Shown here: in pieces, positions 25,957-32,594 of the stretch | How positions within the stretch are numbered: the first letter of the stretch is position 1 | Layout: the number at the start of each line of letters is the position of its first letter | Source: an uncultured Gammaproteobacteria bacterium | GTDB taxonomy: Bacteria > Patescibacteriota > Microgenomatia > UBA12405 > JAHJSD01 | Length of the DNA: 33,221 nt | Assembly: GCA_964428655.1 (NCBI GenBank) | Contig: CAYRYE010000002.1 | Span: 68,251 to 101,471 of the forward strand | Direction: 5' to 3' | The notes under the pieces: model-generated | What the model was told of the DNA's origin: nothing | The model's database searches: none | The model's input: the letters and a program-made list of their open reading frames with translations, nothing else | Program-made: the position numbers and the translations under genes

Positions 25957-25972
25957 AATACTACCAAATAAG

Positions 25973-26000
25973 TTGAAATATATCCTAAAAATAGTATAAT
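25973..26000 (+). promoter_or_regulatory. Sigma70-like promoter TTGAAA-N16-TATAAT
   Basis: TTGAAA at 25973-25978 and TATAAT at 25995-26000. The predicted TSS is near 26007. No ORF follows for ~378 nt. Confidence 0.45.
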
Positions 26001-26008
26001 ATAGGATA
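25981..26008. promoter_or_regulatory. Operator-like inverted repeat TATCCTA-N14-TAGGATA bracketing the -10 hexamer
   Basis: The arms are at 25981-25987 and 26002-26008 and are perfect reverse complements. The TATAAT lies in the spacer. Confidence 0.4.
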
Positions 26009-26384
26009 CATTAACAAATAGAAAATAGTGATAGAGGAGAGATCTGGGGTGAGGCTCCTTTTGAGCAGCACTCCGTTTCTCCCCTGTTCGCTATCGCGAG
26101 CAGAAAATCTTTGACAAACTCAAGTGGTTCAAAAAGCGAACCAATTTGAGAATGTCGAGGCACTTTTAAAATTTGCTTGCCTGTATAAAAACAGGGATTA
26201 TTCCTTGTTTGTTCTCTATTATTCTCAAGACCATCGCTTGGGCAAAGCGCCTCCTTATAAAAAGGGTTGAAAAGCTCGTTGGCTGCGAGATGGGTGGATA
26301 GCACAAATTTACTATCCAGCCACATCGCAGCCTCAACATAGCTTTAGTCAATCTCCATATTTTTAGGAAAGCGAGGTGATACAC
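26007..26384 (+). ncRNA. Candidate structured RNA or long 5' leader (class unknown)
   Basis: No plus-strand ORF is longer than 5 codons. Composition is intermediate. Several hairpins can be drawn: 26036-26082 (outer GGAGA/TCTCC), 26119-26150 (CTCAA..GGTTC/GAACC..TTGAG), 26180-26195 (CCTGT/ACAGG), 26235-26249 (CGCTT/AAGCG) and 26281-26332 (18 bp). Confidence 0.3.
26281..26332 (+). other. Long imperfect hairpin (8 bp + 3 bp + 7 bp, 10-nt loop)
   Basis: GGCTGCGA (26281-26288) pairs with TCGCAGCC (26325-26332). The inner TGG/CCA and TGGATAG/CTATCCA segments also pair. The loop is CACAAATTTA. Confidence 0.6.
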
Positions 26385-26912
26385 ATGCGCAACGAAGATG
26401 GCAAACTGAAGTGGTGGGTCTGGGCGCTTGGAGTGCTCGTGGCGATCGCGCTACTCATCGGAGCCGCCGCCATCGGCAGAAGCACCGCACCAGCCGCCGT
26501 CGAAACGCCGCCCGTCACCGGCTGTGGCGACGAGTGCGACACTGGCCGTGGAGGCACCGAAATCGCCGACGAACCCGAGACCATCGCCCCCCAAGGCTGT
26601 CAGGGCTGGGACCCGGGAAACACCCGTGACTTGCAACCCGGCCAAAGTTGTGCCGGTGATGTCGTTGTCAATGGAGCCATCCAGTACAACACCAACGACA
26701 CCATTGAGGGCACCGTGGTCATCAACCAATCGTCGGGAAACGTCAAAGTGAAGGCGCCTTGGGGTGCCGGATGCGTCAAAACCGACTCCGTAACTTACAT
26801 GGTCAACCGCGAGTTCGAAAGCGGATGCGGAGACGGTTGCGATAGCGTTCGCACTGTAGTGATAACCGACGAGAGCACTGAGGTCGAGTTCCACTCCGAG
26901 CCGATCGAGTAG
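26385..26912 (+). CDS. High-GC gene: membrane-anchored, Pro/Ala-linker, Cys-motif extracytoplasmic protein (175 aa), family unknown
   Basis: A strong SD, GAGGTG, lies 6 nt before ATG 26385; the ORF track starts at an upstream GTG at 26376. Third codon positions are mostly G/C in this frame. A TM helix is present (WWVWALGVLVAIALLIGAAAIG). There are 7 Cys, including the repeated motif GCGDECDT / GCGDGCDS. Confidence 0.6.
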   Translation: MRNEDGKLKWWVWALGVLVAIALLIGAAAIGRSTAPAAVETPPVTGCGDECDTGRGGTEIADEPETIAPQGCQGWDPGNTRDLQPGQSCAGDVVVNGAIQYNTNDTIEGTVVINQSSGNVKVKAPWGAGCVKTDSVTYMVNREFESGCGDGCDSVRTVVITDESTEVEFHSEPIE

Positions 26913-26984
26913 GACACTTTGGCGGCCCGGCCGGCCCGCACAAACCAAGAGGAGTCGGGAGCCCGCAAGGGTTCCTGGCTCCTC

Positions 26985-27058
26985 AAGGAGGGAAAAGACA
27001 AAAACAAACAGAGAGAAAAGAGGAAAAAGAGAACACGGGCAAGCAAAAAAAAGAAAAA
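26985..27058 (+). repeat. 74-nt polypurine tract (no T, only 7 C on the plus strand)
   Basis: Counted directly: aaggagggaaaagacaaaaacaaacagagagaaaagaggaaaaagagaacacgggcaagcaaaaaaaagaaaaa. Confidence 0.85.
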
Positions 27059-27105
27059 TCCAATCACAATTCGTTAAACAAAATATTTAGAATTTTATTT
27101 ATTAT

Positions 27106-27354
27106 ATGAAAAACATAATCGAAATAGGGAGATATCTGGCTTTAGCGGCTGTCACTTTTATTTTAGGCAGTCAATTTTTGGCGGCTTATAAAAACAAAAT
27201 TCGCAATGAGGCAATTGACGGCTGTGCGTCTCAATCAACTTATCAAGCTAGCTTTGGGGAAAATGGCCGTCAAATGACTATTAGCGAACCGCAAAAATAT
27301 CTTTATGAACAATGCCTTTCAAACAAAGGCGTTGTATTAAGTCCGAGTGAATAA
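27106..27354 (+). CDS. Hypothetical small membrane-anchored protein (82 aa, 2 Cys)
   Basis: It has an N-terminal hydrophobic helix. TAGAAT (27088-27093) lies 12 nt upstream of the ATG. The 3' end overlaps the convergent gene by 18 nt. Confidence 0.45.
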   Translation: MKNIIEIGRYLALAAVTFILGSQFLAAYKNKIRNEAIDGCASQSTYQASFGENGRQMTISEPQKYLYEQCLSNKGVVLSPSE

Positions 27355-28968
27355 AAACACTTTCGTTTTATCAGGAATGTTAAATTCCTTTTCCAGTTTC
27401 CATTGTTTGGGATGCTGCCAAACCCAATCTCCAAGCTGTTGCAATGCCCTTAAATTTTTAGCATAAAAAGGTGCTGGCTCAGCATCCTGCTGGAGAACGA
27501 GAGCTAGGTCAAAATTGCCAATAAAGGATTCTATTTCCTGATCATCCGCAAATTCTGTTATCAAACCAATTGAGCGAAGTTCAAAAAACTGACTACCATT
27601 AACTGAAAATAAATCTCTTTCCAGAATAAGGTTATTATCATTAACTTCTGCCCAATTAACAACTGCTAAACATTTTCGTTTCCTTCGAATCATACCAAGT
27701 CGATATAATTCTTTTACTATTTGTCCGTTTGGCCAAACAGTGTTTCTGGCTGGGCGAACTGGGTAATCATCCAACCCTAACCATTCTATATCGCCAAGTA
27801 GAAATGTTTTACCGCTCAACACCCAATTCTTTACTGGCCAACCAAAACTGTTATTTATATAAATAACTGCCCAAAAAACTGCTAACAGAGAAATTATTAT
27901 GCGACGATGGATTTTTTTCATCCTAATAATCTGCACAGCCATAATTATTGCTATTACAGATAATAACGGCATTGTATAGCGGAAATCTTTATTTTTAATT
28001 ATCGTGAAAATAATATAAAGGGATAATAACCACCAAGTTAAACTTTTTTCGGCTTCAGAAAATTTCTCCTTTTTCCAACGCTTAACCCATTGGAATAAAC
28101 AGGCTATAAAAACAAATCCCGGAATGGGCTGAACTTGATGTTGAAAAAAAAGTCTAAAATAATGTATCCACGTCTGCCAGTTCACCAGGTTCATTGGATC
28201 TGTCAACGCTTCACCTTCTTTATTCGCAACAGCTATATTGTAGTAAACATTATCCCAATTAATAATCCACCACCAACCAACCAGTAAAATCCAAAACACT
28301 CCTCCTAAGATCAGCTTTTTAAGTTGTTTGGGATTCGGATTTTTAAACCAATAAATTAAAGCAATTATTCCCATTGGAGCAAAATAAATAAAGCCGTTCA
28401 ATTTAGTCAACGAAGCTAGAATTAACATTAACCACCAACCCCAAGAATATTTTCTTTTTCTTAGGTATCCAGACTTTAACCAAAACCAAATACCCCAAAT
28501 AACTATTGCCGTTAAAGGTAAATCAAGCAAAAATCCCCGTGAAATATCATAAATCACCGGCATAAATGAAAATATTATTGCTGAAATCAAGGCTTCTTTT
28601 TCACCCCAAATTTTCTCTGCTATCTTGTAAATTCCAATTATTGCCAAAATCAAAGAAAAAGTATTAACAAAACTAATTTGGTCAATTCCTAAGCCAGCTA
28701 ACAGACCCCAAACACCGCCAAAAAAATAAATCAAGGGTGGGTATGCGTAAAAATTTTTGATTAGCTGAACAAAACTAATTTTTTGTTCTCCGCTAATCCA
28801 CCTGCCAGCCATCACTGCCGATCGAATATGAGCCGCCTGGTCCCAAGCTGGTGGTGTTTTGTCCAAGGACAACCAAAGGAGATTAAAAAATAAGTGAAAT
28901 AAAATTAGGCCAATCAATGGCAAGTGTTTACGATGCCGATTTGACATTATATACTGATTATATTGCAT
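27337..28968 (-). CDS. GT-C fold glycosyltransferase, ArnT/PMT-like (GT39/GT83-type)
   Basis: 543-aa polytopic ORF. The first loop, LSLDKTPPAWDQAAH, resembles the acidic loop motif of the PMT_2/ArnT family. An alternative ATG lies at 28947 (MSNRHRK). Confidence 0.7.
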   Translation of the reverse strand: MQYNQYIMSNRHRKHLPLIGLILFHLFFNLLWLSLDKTPPAWDQAAHIRSAVMAGRWISGEQKISFVQLIKNFYAYPPLIYFFGGVWGLLAGLGIDQISFVNTFSLILAIIGIYKIAEKIWGEKEALISAIIFSFMPVIYDISRGFLLDLPLTAIVIWGIWFWLKSGYLRKRKYSWGWWLMLILASLTKLNGFIYFAPMGIIALIYWFKNPNPKQLKKLILGGVFWILLVGWWWIINWDNVYYNIAVANKEGEALTDPMNLVNWQTWIHYFRLFFQHQVQPIPGFVFIACLFQWVKRWKKEKFSEAEKSLTWWLLSLYIIFTIIKNKDFRYTMPLLSVIAIIMAVQIIRMKKIHRRIIISLLAVFWAVIYINNSFGWPVKNWVLSGKTFLLGDIEWLGLDDYPVRPARNTVWPNGQIVKELYRLGMIRRKRKCLAVVNWAEVNDNNLILERDLFSVNGSQFFELRSIGLITEFADDQEIESFIGNFDLALVLQQDAEPAPFYAKNLRALQQLGDWVWQHPKQWKLEKEFNIPDKTKVFLFTRT

Positions 28969-31882
28969 GAAAAAGAAAATTAAAACAAACTTTTATCCCC
29001 TAGCATTAATTGCCATTGGTCTTTTTATTTGTTTGCTAAATTATACCCCGGAAACTTTTTTAACTGGTTGGGACACGCTCCATCCCGAGTTTGATTTTCC
29101 TTTGAATTTTAAACGGCTAATTTTTGGTGTTTGGAGACAAGAGCAGGGGCTAGGAGCAGTCGCCGGCCATTCCCACATGGCTGACTTGCCCAGAGTTTTT
29201 ATTCTTTGGCTGTTTCATTTTTTCCTACCTCTAAATACTCTCCGCTATGCCTATGTTTTCTCGTGTCTGATCTTAGGACCATTAGGAATTTATTATTTGA
29301 TATCTTTCCTGTTTCGCCGAAGAACCCCATTATTAATTGCTTTTCTAGGCGCATTATTTTATCTTTTCAACCCCTCGACAGTTCAGCAGTTTTACGTCCC
29401 ATTTGAAATGTTTCCCACACAATATGCTTTTTTGCCTTGGATAATCTTATTTGCTCTAAAATTCCTCAAACGATCGTCTAGAAAAAACTTACTAATCTTT
29501 GCCATTTTTTCCCTGTTTTCCACTTCTCAAGCCTACGCCGCCCATCTCTGGTATCCTTTTTTTATTATCTTTTGTTCATTTCTCGCCCTAAATTGGTTTC
29601 TTAACCGCCCAAAAATCAAATTAAAGCCAAACATTATCTTAATTTCAATAACCCTCTTGGTTAATTCTTACTGGCTGCTTCCAAATCTCTATTACATTGC
29701 CACCTCATCAGAGGCTCCCCGACTTCATAAAAGTAACCGACTCCATTCTCAAGAATTCCGTCTTAGAAACCAGGAAACAGGCTACTTAAAAGATGTAGCT
29801 TTAAATCGAGGCTTCTATTTTAATTGGGAAATATTTAATTTTAACAAATGGAAACCTGAAACTCTTATGCCAGAATGGAACTCTCATCTTCAAAACCATG
29901 ATGTCCTTCTTATTGGCTACCTTATCTTTTTTCTGGCTCTATCTAACCTAATTATTGCCTTTGTTCGCAAAGAGAAAAAACTTATTCCATTCTCTGTTTT
30001 TTTTATTTTGCCATTCATTTTTCTTGGCAATAGAATTATTTTTCTTGACAAAATCTTTGACTGGTTATCTCAAATTCCTATTCTGAACGAAGGCTTAAGA
30101 TTCGTTTTTACCAAATTTTCTATTCTTTTCCAATTCAGCATAACTATATTTTTTGCATACTGCCTCTTTAACCTCTTTCGTTGGTTGAAAAAACCATTTT
30201 GGTTCCATAAGGCCGCCATTTTTCTCTCTTTTGCTTTTGTAGTTTACGGCTACCCTATGTTAGACGGTAAATTAATTTCATCTAAAGTAAAGATTAAAAT
30301 TCCCAATTATTACTTCCAGTTCTGGCAATTTATGAAGGAACAGCCCGACGGAAGAGTACTTTCCCTGCCCCTCCACCAAACGTCCGGCTGGCAATATTAT
30401 GACTGGGGCTATCAGGGCGCCGGTTTTATCTGGTTTGGCCTTAAACAGCCGATTTTAGATCGCGATTTTGACAGGTGGGAAACCAAAAATGAAGAAAGTT
30501 TTAGGGAAGCCTTTTGCTCCATTTATTCTAATAATCCCTATAACTTCGCCAAAATACTCAAAAAGTATAATATAAACTATATTGTTTGGGATCAGGCTTT
30601 AACCAGTACTGCCTTAAAAAATGTCAATCAAATAACTTTTAAATTTGAAATTAATAGATTGATTAGCCAACTTGAAAACAAAGGTATTGTTGAAAAACTA
30701 GCTCATTTTGACCAGATCAGTGTCTACAAAATAAACACTGCAATCAATCCAATCGCCTCACTCCAACATATTGATGTTTCTGTTTCCCCAAACTATCTAT
30801 GGGGTTACACTGATGCTGCCTATGAAAGTCGCGGAGACTACTTCAGTTATCTTGCTAAAGAACATGCTGATTTTTACTACCCATTCCGAGACATTTTAAA
30901 CAAATATTCTAAAATAGATGTCCAAAAACTGAACATTGCCAAAAAAAATAACCTCTGGCAAGTCGATTTAAAAAAAATTCCAGAATATTCTCAAATATTT
31001 TTTCCAGAGCCGAACGAGGCAGAAAAAGAATTAAGCCAGCAAATTTCAATAACAAATGAAAATCGCGTCTCTTTTAGTGCCGTTTCTTACTTGGAACTTA
31101 GTGCAGAAGAAATATTCAATTTAAACCCAGATTCTCCTGGAATAAGTTTAGATCAAAATGCGCAGCCGCTTATACTATATACTTCTTTAGACAGTACTAC
31201 GGGGAGCAATATTCTTTTAGAAAATGCACCTCACTCAATTGGTTATATTATTGGCTTTAAATCGAAAAATATAAATAGTTTGCCTTTGCGTTTTTGCCTT
31301 AAAAATCTCTATACCAACTTATGTTCTCTAGAAGAAGAATTGAGCAGGAACAAAAGTTTAGGCTGGGATTATTTTTTAATCCCTCCAACTGATGAAGCAT
31401 ATGGCTACAACCTCATTCTTAGCAACATTTCATACGGCCACATTAAAACAGTAAACCAACTAATGGAAACGGTGATTATTCCTATTCCTTATCGCTTCCT
31501 AAGCCATATTTATTTAAGCGATAAAAAAGAGATAACATTTGAGCCAAAAGCAAACAGATCTCAAGCCAACTCACTCTTTCCCGGTTTCGTCAAATTGAAA
31601 GTTGAAAAAGACACAAATTTATTAAAGCGCTTTGCTGTTTTAAATCAATCTTTTAATGGTGGTTGGCTGGCTTTTTACTTTGACGGCTTAAAGCCAGTGT
31701 TTTTGAAAGACCATGTTTTAGTCAACAACTGGGCGAATGGGTGGAGGCTTGCGTCCACAGAGTCCGCTGCCACTTCATACTACATACTATTTTGGCCGCA
31801 GATTTTGGAGTTTTTGGGATTTGGATTACTGGGAATCACTTTGGTGAAAGTCATCAAAAGCAAAAAGCAACTCAACTTTTAA
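28967..31882 (+). CDS. Very large polytopic membrane protein with a big extracytoplasmic C-terminal region, possibly AftD/DUF3367-like GT-C
   Basis: 971-aa ORF. The N-terminal loop reads TGWDTLHPEFDF...VWRQEQGLGAVAGHSHMADLP. It has ~12 TM segments, a ~500-aa soluble region and a terminal TM. The family call is tentative. Confidence 0.55.
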   Translation: MKKKIKTNFYPLALIAIGLFICLLNYTPETFLTGWDTLHPEFDFPLNFKRLIFGVWRQEQGLGAVAGHSHMADLPRVFILWLFHFFLPLNTLRYAYVFSCLILGPLGIYYLISFLFRRRTPLLIAFLGALFYLFNPSTVQQFYVPFEMFPTQYAFLPWIILFALKFLKRSSRKNLLIFAIFSLFSTSQAYAAHLWYPFFIIFCSFLALNWFLNRPKIKLKPNIILISITLLVNSYWLLPNLYYIATSSEAPRLHKSNRLHSQEFRLRNQETGYLKDVALNRGFYFNWEIFNFNKWKPETLMPEWNSHLQNHDVLLIGYLIFFLALSNLIIAFVRKEKKLIPFSVFFILPFIFLGNRIIFLDKIFDWLSQIPILNEGLRFVFTKFSILFQFSITIFFAYCLFNLFRWLKKPFWFHKAAIFLSFAFVVYGYPMLDGKLISSKVKIKIPNYYFQFWQFMKEQPDGRVLSLPLHQTSGWQYYDWGYQGAGFIWFGLKQPILDRDFDRWETKNEESFREAFCSIYSNNPYNFAKILKKYNINYIVWDQALTSTALKNVNQITFKFEINRLISQLENKGIVEKLAHFDQISVYKINTAINPIASLQHIDVSVSPNYLWGYTDAAYESRGDYFSYLAKEHADFYYPFRDILNKYSKIDVQKLNIAKKNNLWQVDLKKIPEYSQIFFPEPNEAEKELSQQISITNENRVSFSAVSYLELSAEEIFNLNPDSPGISLDQNAQPLILYTSLDSTTGSNILLENAPHSIGYIIGFKSKNINSLPLRFCLKNLYTNLCSLEEELSRNKSLGWDYFLIPPTDEAYGYNLILSNISYGHIKTVNQLMETVIIPIPYRFLSHIYLSDKKEITFEPKANRSQANSLFPGFVKLKVEKDTNLLKRFAVLNQSFNGGWLAFYFDGLKPVFLKDHVLVNNWANGWRLASTESAATSYYILFWPQILEFLGFGLLGITLVKVIKSKKQLNF

Positions 31883-31893
31883 GTTCAATGCCT

Positions 31894-32094
31894 CTATTCC
31901 CAAACCACAACTTCCTCACTGGGGGTAGCAATCTCATTTTCGCCAGCAGTATCAGCCGGCAATTCGCTTTCTTCTAAAGTATGGCTTCCTTCTATTAAAT
32001 TGTTAGTTTCACTTTCTCTCAAATACCAAACTCCCACCCCGAACAAAACCAAAGCTATTGAAAAGGCAATAGCTAAAACTGTTTTGTTTTTCAT
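31894..32094 (-). CDS. Hypothetical 66-aa single-TM protein with an acidic C-terminal tail
   Basis: Its ATG lies 2 nt after the stop of the upstream HEPN-motif gene. It has a TM helix (VLAIAFSIALVLFGVGVWY) followed by an E/D-rich tail. Confidence 0.45.
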   Translation of the reverse strand: MKNKTVLAIAFSIALVLFGVGVWYLRESETNNLIEGSHTLEESELPADTAGENEIATPSEEVVVWE

Positions 32095-32096
32095 AT

Positions 32097-32564
32097 TTAG
32101 TTTACCATCTTAACAAGTATTTTTGCTTCCTGCATGGCTGCCAAAATAACATTAATTCTTTCTTCCGCCTCTTTTAAGGAAAGTCTATGTAAATTATGGG
32201 GAAAATAGTGAAAAATCAGGTTTCTTCCTGTTTTCCAGGCCTGCCAAAGATGCTCGGCTAATCTTTCGCCTGTCTGATGATACTCTTCCAGCTTTCTAAA
32301 AACAGACCATTTTTTATCCCTTAAGGCCGGATTGAGCACCTTTCCTACCCGAAAACGATCAGAGTTATAGTCTCTTTCAGTAATCAGGCCTAATTTTAAA
32401 AAAAATCTTTTTAAAAATCCCTCATAGGCCTTAGCAAAAGGGGCAACGACAAAGGAATAATCAGAAAATCCGTTTTTATCTGGCTTATTCTTGATCCAAT
32501 TTAGCAAGCGTTTGCCGTCTCTTAAAAGTTTTGTTTGCTCAATGGTGAGTAACGTCATTTTCAT
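32097..32564 (-). CDS. HEPN-motif (R-N-x3-H) protein, putative RNase or toxin
   Basis: RNLIFH is encoded at 32225-32208 (AGA AAC CTG ATT TTT CAC on the minus strand) in an all-helical-looking ~155-aa protein. I prefer ATG 32564 over the TTG at 32585 because TATAAT (32582-32577) lies 12 nt upstream of it. Confidence 0.45.
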   Translation of the reverse strand: MKMTLLTIEQTKLLRDGKRLLNWIKNKPDKNGFSDYSFVVAPFAKAYEGFLKRFFLKLGLITERDYNSDRFRVGKVLNPALRDKKWSVFRKLEEYHQTGERLAEHLWQAWKTGRNLIFHYFPHNLHRLSLKEAEERINVILAAMQEAKILVKMVN

Positions 32565-32576
32565 TCGGTAGGGATT

Positions 32577-32586
32577 ATTATACAAT
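32577..32586. promoter_or_regulatory. Overlapping divergent -10 elements: TATAAT (minus, 32582-32577) and TACAAT (plus, 32581-32586)
   Basis: The plus-strand TACAAT is 8 nt upstream of dprA ATG 32595. The minus-strand TATAAT is 12 nt upstream of ATG 32564. Confidence 0.4.
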
Positions 32587-32594
32587 GAAAGGCA

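Noticed and set aside
25931-25967. Inverted repeat TTGGTAG...CTACCAA spanning the stop codon of the LPEAG gene, considered as an intrinsic terminator.
   Set aside because: The 7-bp stem has a 23-nt loop and no downstream T-run, so it is not a convincing rho-independent terminator.
26011-26384. Minus-strand ORFs of 104 aa (26011-26325) and 72 aa (26166-26384) in the leader region.
   Set aside because: They overlap each other in different frames, lack start context and have no recognisable motifs. A decayed pseudogene cannot be excluded without a database search.
26007-26384. Whether the structured region is a known RNA: tmRNA, RNase P RNA, SRP RNA, or a common riboswitch.
   Set aside because: I looked for a tmRNA-style GGGG 5' end with a CCACCA-type 3' end and a tag ORF, for the RNase P GGAAAGTCC-type core, for the SRP GGAA/AGCAG loop, and for signature boxes of the B12, TPP, FMN, glycine, fluoride and ZTP riboswitches on both strands. 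I found none. By-eye matching is weak, so an Infernal scan is still needed.
26985-27058. The polypurine tract plus structured RNA as a sign of a retroelement (retron, DGR or group II intron).
   Set aside because: No reverse transcriptase ORF exists anywhere in the window. I could see no template/variable repeat pair and no group II GUGYG or domain V-like sequence.
26363-27067. Five additional long ORFs overlapping the high-GC gene (26411-26629 +, 26428-26751 +, 26363-26584 -, 26451-26948 -, 26795-27067 -).
   Set aside because: High-GC DNA is depleted in stop codons, so all frames stay open. Only the 26385 frame has an SD, a TM helix and G/C-rich third positions. The others translate to Arg/Pro/Gly/Ala-rich low-complexity strings, or to a Phe/Leu run that is merely antisense to the polypurine tract.
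26011-27085. Possible target-site duplication flanking the island: TTAACAAATA (26011-26020) versus TTAAACAAAATA (27074-27085).
   Set aside because: The repeat is imperfect and made of AT-rich low-complexity sequence that is common throughout the window. No terminal inverted repeats or recombinase gene accompany it.
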